Source: Anaeramoeba ignava BMAN
Lineage: Eukaryota > Protista > Anaeramoebae
DNA: 64,000 nucleotides
Reading direction: 5' to 3'
Assembly (NCBI GenBank): GCA_028826165.1
Contig: JAPDFW010000129.1
Location: 1 to 64,000, forward strand
Made by a program: the position numbers and the translations under genes. The notes beneath the pieces are model-generated. The model saw only the letters and a list, made by a program, of their open reading frames with translations, made no database searches and was not told the origin of the DNA. Shown piece by piece: positions 60,380-64,000 of the stretch. The stretch's first letter is position 1. Every line of letters begins with the position of its first letter.

Positions 60380-61822
60380 TTAAATAAAAAAAGTTTCAAG
60401 TTCTTCAATTTCAAATGAAGAAGAACCAGCTAAATAACTTTTAGATTCATTTGTTTTATATTCAATTCCATTAGGTAAATTATAAGTATATCCAAAATTT
60501 GAATCACCTTGTTTTAAATTAGAATTAAAACAAAAATCATGACTTTTATAAAGATTTCCTCCTCCAAAATTTGGACCAAAATGTTGATTAGAATAAATTG
60601 CAAATTTTTCTCTTCCTTGTTTAATTTTAAATATCTCAGGTTTTCTATCATTCTTATCATTTCTTAAGGAGAAAATAAATGCATTTGGATCTGAAATATA
60701 TCCACTATTTCCATAATTATGTGACCATTTTGATTCATCATTTATAAATCCAATTGAAGTAAATCCTCCAAAAATATAATTATCTTTGAAATTATCACAA
60801 ATTGAATGCCATTTTTCACAATCAATTCCTTCTTTTTTTGTTGAATATCCTAACTTCATTTTGAAAAAGAATTTATCATCATTTATCCATTCTCTTAATT
60901 TATCAAAATGTTCTTTTTCTTGAATTATGGATGATTTGAATCTTGATTTGAAAATGTATGAATTTTCATTTTGAAATTCTTTTTGAATAAATTCTTGAAA
61001 ATTTGTTTCATTTTCTTGAAGTTTTTGGAAATAAATTAATTTTTGTGAAATTTGAATTGGAATTAAATCTTCTTTCAAAGTATCTTTAAGTTCTTGTTTT
61101 GAAAAATCAATAAATCTAATTTTATGAATAATATTTGAAATTTGATTTTGAAATTTTTCTTTTTCTTCTTTTTCTAATTCTTTTTCTTGATTAATATTTG
61201 ATTTATGTTTTCCCCATTTTATTATTGATTGGAATAGTTCAAATTCACTTATTGGAATTTTATCATTTAATAAAATTGAATTTAAATGATTTTCTTCAAG
61301 TTCAAGAAAAAATGGAGTTTTAATAAATTTATCAAAATTTTCAAAAATAAATTGATAACAAGAATCCAGTAATTGATTTAAGTTCATTGTTTCAGATAAT
61401 TTAAGAATATCAACAATAGTTTCAAATTGTAGATTGTTTTTGATAAAATTTGAAGAAATTTCAATTAATTCATCAATTAAATATTTTGATGAAAAAATTA
61501 AAATTTGAATTGCATTTTCTAAATTAATTTCAATTTTTCCTGAATAAAAATAATTTAAAATTGAAGATAGAATTGAACTTGAAACATCTTTTAGAATCAT
61601 TTTATTTTCTTGATATTCTTTCATTTTAGATTTAAAAAGAGTTTTAAAATAATAACTTCTTGAAGAAAGAATTGATTTATGAGTTTTAAATGAAGTTTGA
61701 TTTTGTTCACAAATTATTTCAAAATCAAAATAACTTTCATTTTCATTTTCATTTTCTTTTTGATTTTGAAATAAATTTTTTAAATCATTTGAAAGTTTTT
61801 CTAAATTTGAATAAGTTTCCAT
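60380..61822 (-). CDS. BTB-BACK-TLDc protein, copy 4 (in-frame deletion in TLDc)
   Basis: 480-aa ORF; CDNFKDNYIFGG lacks the GKTLVIIK strand found in the paralogs. Confidence 0.88.
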   Translation of the reverse strand: METYSNLEKLSNDLKNLFQNQKENENENESYFDFEIICEQNQTSFKTHKSILSSRSYYFKTLFKSKMKEYQENKMILKDVSSSILSSILNYFYSGKIEINLENAIQILIFSSKYLIDELIEISSNFIKNNLQFETIVDILKLSETMNLNQLLDSCYQFIFENFDKFIKTPFFLELEENHLNSILLNDKIPISEFELFQSIIKWGKHKSNINQEKELEKEEKEKFQNQISNIIHKIRFIDFSKQELKDTLKEDLIPIQISQKLIYFQKLQENETNFQEFIQKEFQNENSYIFKSRFKSSIIQEKEHFDKLREWINDDKFFFKMKLGYSTKKEGIDCEKWHSICDNFKDNYIFGGFTSIGFINDESKWSHNYGNSGYISDPNAFIFSLRNDKNDRKPEIFKIKQGREKFAIYSNQHFGPNFGGGNLYKSHDFCFNSNLKQGDSNFGYTYNLPNGIEYKTNESKSYLAGSSSFEIEELETFFI

Positions 61823-61936
61823 TTTTATTTAAAATGAAAAAAATGAAAATAGGAAAACTAATTTATTATTAAAAAAAAAAAGAAACAAAGCTTTAATTGA
61901 AAATTTTAATTAAAAAATTTAATTTGGAAAGTTAAT

Positions 61937-64000
61937 TTAAATTAAACCACGTTGAACTAAAATTCCATCCAAATCAGAAATAATTTGATTTAAACTGGGT
62001 CTTTCTTTTCTATTTAAAACACAACATTTATTCACAATACTATAAAAAGGATGGTCATTTGGAAGAACAGGAAACTTATTTTCAGAAAGAAGATAATTTG
62101 AAATTTGATCTGAAGTTGATCCAAAAAAAGGGAGTTTTCGAGTTCCCAAATAAAATAAGATACAACCAAGTGAATAAATATCGGAGTCTTTTGAATATTC
62201 TTGATGAAGAAATACTTCTGGAGGTGAAAAATTAGGGGACATTTCAAGCAAGTATTTCTCATTATTGATAAATTGAGGAATTTCAAAATCACAAATAAAA
62301 ATTTTTTCCGCATTTGATTGAATCAATATATTTGTTGGCTTGAAGTTTTTATGGCAAGTTTCAGAGGAATGAAGAGAACGTAATGAGACGGCAATTTTGG
62401 AAGCGAGCTTGATTTGAATATTCTCAGGAATTTCGTGATTTTGAATGACATAATCTTGCAGACTTCCTTCGGGGAAGTTTTTCATTGTTAAAAATAAAAA
62501 AGGACCTTTAAAATAATATCCTTCATAAAAAACAAGGTTATCCTTTTCAATGACTTGCATTACTGAAAATATATCTGCCAACTGATTGTGGATGTCTTGC
62601 TTTTCATTGAGAAACATGAGCAATTTTTCAATCTCTATTCTTTTGACAAAATATTCTTGATTGTCAATTTTCTCTTTGAAAATAATCGAAATTGGACCGG
62701 CTCCAATCTGTTGTTTGAATGCAAACAACGCGGGAGAAATCCCGAAGTATTTCGACTTAATAATGTACTTGCAGTCGTGCAACGGAGAGGGGCTGTTTTG
62801 AATCAAACGCATGATATTTTGGCGTGCTTTTTGGAATCTTGTTTGGAGATTGTAGAAATTTCCAATGCAAATATAGGCGTCCACAAATTTGGGGTCTTTT
62901 TTCACGATTTCGTGGAAGATTTGGAGCGCCTCAATCACTTGACTTTTCCTTTTGGAAATCAAACCCAATTGGAATCGAGCATCGATGAAATTTGGGTTGA
63001 TTTTTAAAATTTTATTGAAACATCGCGATGATTGCTCCAAACTATTCATGCGATTAAAATTCAATCCAAGAAGAAACAACCCCGGTATTGATTCCTGGTT
63101 GATTTCAAGCACCTTTGTGAGATACTTGCTTGCTTTGTCGTATTTTTCTTGATCAAAACATATTTCTGACAAGTGGTAATTGCATTCATAAACAAGTTTA
63201 TTTTGAGACAAAACAAGTTTGAAATATTTTTCTGATTCTTTGAATTGATGGATTTTTTTCAATGCAACTGCAAGATTATAATAAATTTGGAAATCAACAT
63301 CCTTTGTTTTTTCAATATATTTTTGGAACATTTTGACTGATTTTTTAAACTGTTTGTCATAAAACAAACACAATGCAAATTTCAAAAGAAGAAACGGATT
63401 TTCGTTTTCATTTTCATTTTCAATCGAAATTGAAATTGCGATTGATAAAAAACTAATTGCAAGTTGATAATTTTTTTCGCGAAAATAAATATCGCCAAGA
63501 ATATGAGAAGATATAAATCTGTGCTTTTGATTTTGCGAATTCCTCGCCACAAATTTAAATTGGGCCATTGCTTTGGTAAGATATGACTTATCCAGATGGT
63601 AATAAATAGTTCCCAAAAAATAATGTATTTCTTCACAATTTGGTTCAATTAAAAGTGCTTTCTTTAAATATTCAATTGCAATATCATATTGTTTTTTTTC
63701 TGCGAAAATCAATCCAAGATAAAAATAACTTTTATAAAATGTTTCATCAAGATTCAACAAGTTGAAAAAGTGCTGAATTGCTTTTTCATATTTCCTTTGT
63801 TTATAATAAATCACTGCAAGATGAAATAACGGATTGACAGCTTCCGTTGAATTTTTTGCAAATTTAATTGCTTTTTGAAAAAATTGAATTGCTTTTTCAT
63901 ATTTTTTTTGTTTATACAATAAAATTCCAAATGAAAGATATGATTGAATCATTAAAGTATTTTGTTCTTTTGGAATTGAATAAGGAATAATTGTTTCTTC
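61937..64000 (-). CDS. TPR-repeat + protein kinase-like (probable pseudokinase) protein, probably 5'-partial
   Basis: About 10 TPRs, then a kinase fold (YFVK, HKNFKPTNIL, ICDFE, SPPE, SDIYSLG, ERPS). The frame is open from 63952 to the window edge. Confidence 0.85.
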   Translation of the reverse strand, partial: EETIIPYSIPKEQNTLMIQSYLSFGILLYKQKKYEKAIQFFQKAIKFAKNSTEAVNPLFHLAVIYYKQRKYEKAIQHFFNLLNLDETFYKSYFYLGLIFAEKKQYDIAIEYLKKALLIEPNCEEIHYFLGTIYYHLDKSYLTKAMAQFKFVARNSQNQKHRFISSHILGDIYFREKNYQLAISFLSIAISISIENENENENPFLLLKFALCLFYDKQFKKSVKMFQKYIEKTKDVDFQIYYNLAVALKKIHQFKESEKYFKLVLSQNKLVYECNYHLSEICFDQEKYDKASKYLTKVLEINQESIPGLFLLGLNFNRMNSLEQSSRCFNKILKINPNFIDARFQLGLISKRKSQVIEALQIFHEIVKKDPKFVDAYICIGNFYNLQTRFQKARQNIMRLIQNSPSPLHDCKYIIKSKYFGISPALFAFKQQIGAGPISIIFKEKIDNQEYFVKRIEIEKLLMFLNEKQDIHNQLADIFSVMQVIEKDNLVFYEGYYFKGPFLFLTMKNFPEGSLQDYVIQNHEIPENIQIKLASKIAVSLRSLHSSETCHKNFKPTNILIQSNAEKIFICDFEIPQFINNEKYLLEMSPNFSPPEVFLHQEYSKDSDIYSLGCILFYLGTRKLPFFGSTSDQISNYLLSENKFPVLPNDHPFYSIVNKCCVLNRKERPSLNQIISDLDGILVQRGLI

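Noticed and set aside
826-61822. Programmed ribosomal frameshifting or mass pseudogenisation as the cause of the many split ORFs
   Set aside because: The breaks are +1 or -1 changes in A/T homopolymers at different positions in each paralog, and they also hit RPL7A and lipin. This is the signature of long-read consensus error. Short-read polishing would decide; a few copies (RCC1-BTB D, TLDc 3) may be true pseudogenes.

Overview
Very AT-rich eukaryotic (protist) nuclear DNA with GT-AG spliceosomal introns; not prokaryotic. The gene content and the poly-NQ/NE style suggest a free-living amoeboid anaerobe such as Anaeramoeba (inference, not verified). Left to right: a 7-copy tandem/inverted array of RCC1-propeller + BTB genes (1-13815); a carnosine N-methyltransferase (N2227)-like gene; a 4-exon membrane protein with an internal duplication; an EEF1AKMT4/METTL13-type methyltransferase; eEF2 head-to-head with a 44-aa OST4 missing from the ORF track; about 2.7 kb of satellite-like repeats; a giant RNF213/mysterin-like AAA+ ATPase with no visible E3 module; an F-box + multipass membrane protein; RPL7A; a hypothetical protein; a UBAC2/Dsc2-like protein; lipin; a ScaA-like scaffold; HAP40 (F8A); a 4-copy BTB-BACK-TLDc array; and a TPR-pseudokinase. 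Nearly all long genes are broken by single-base indels in A/T homopolymers, including RPL7A, so most breaks are probably long-read assembly errors. Large introns are filled with simple repeats. The most interesting signal is a candidate cell-autonomous ubiquitin/immunity repertoire: RCC1-BTB paralogs with a constant scaffold and short hypervariable loops, a BTB-TLDc array with variable TLDc ends, and an E3-less RNF213-like ATPase abutting a membrane-anchored F-box gene. All family calls come from motif recognition by eye, without database searches.
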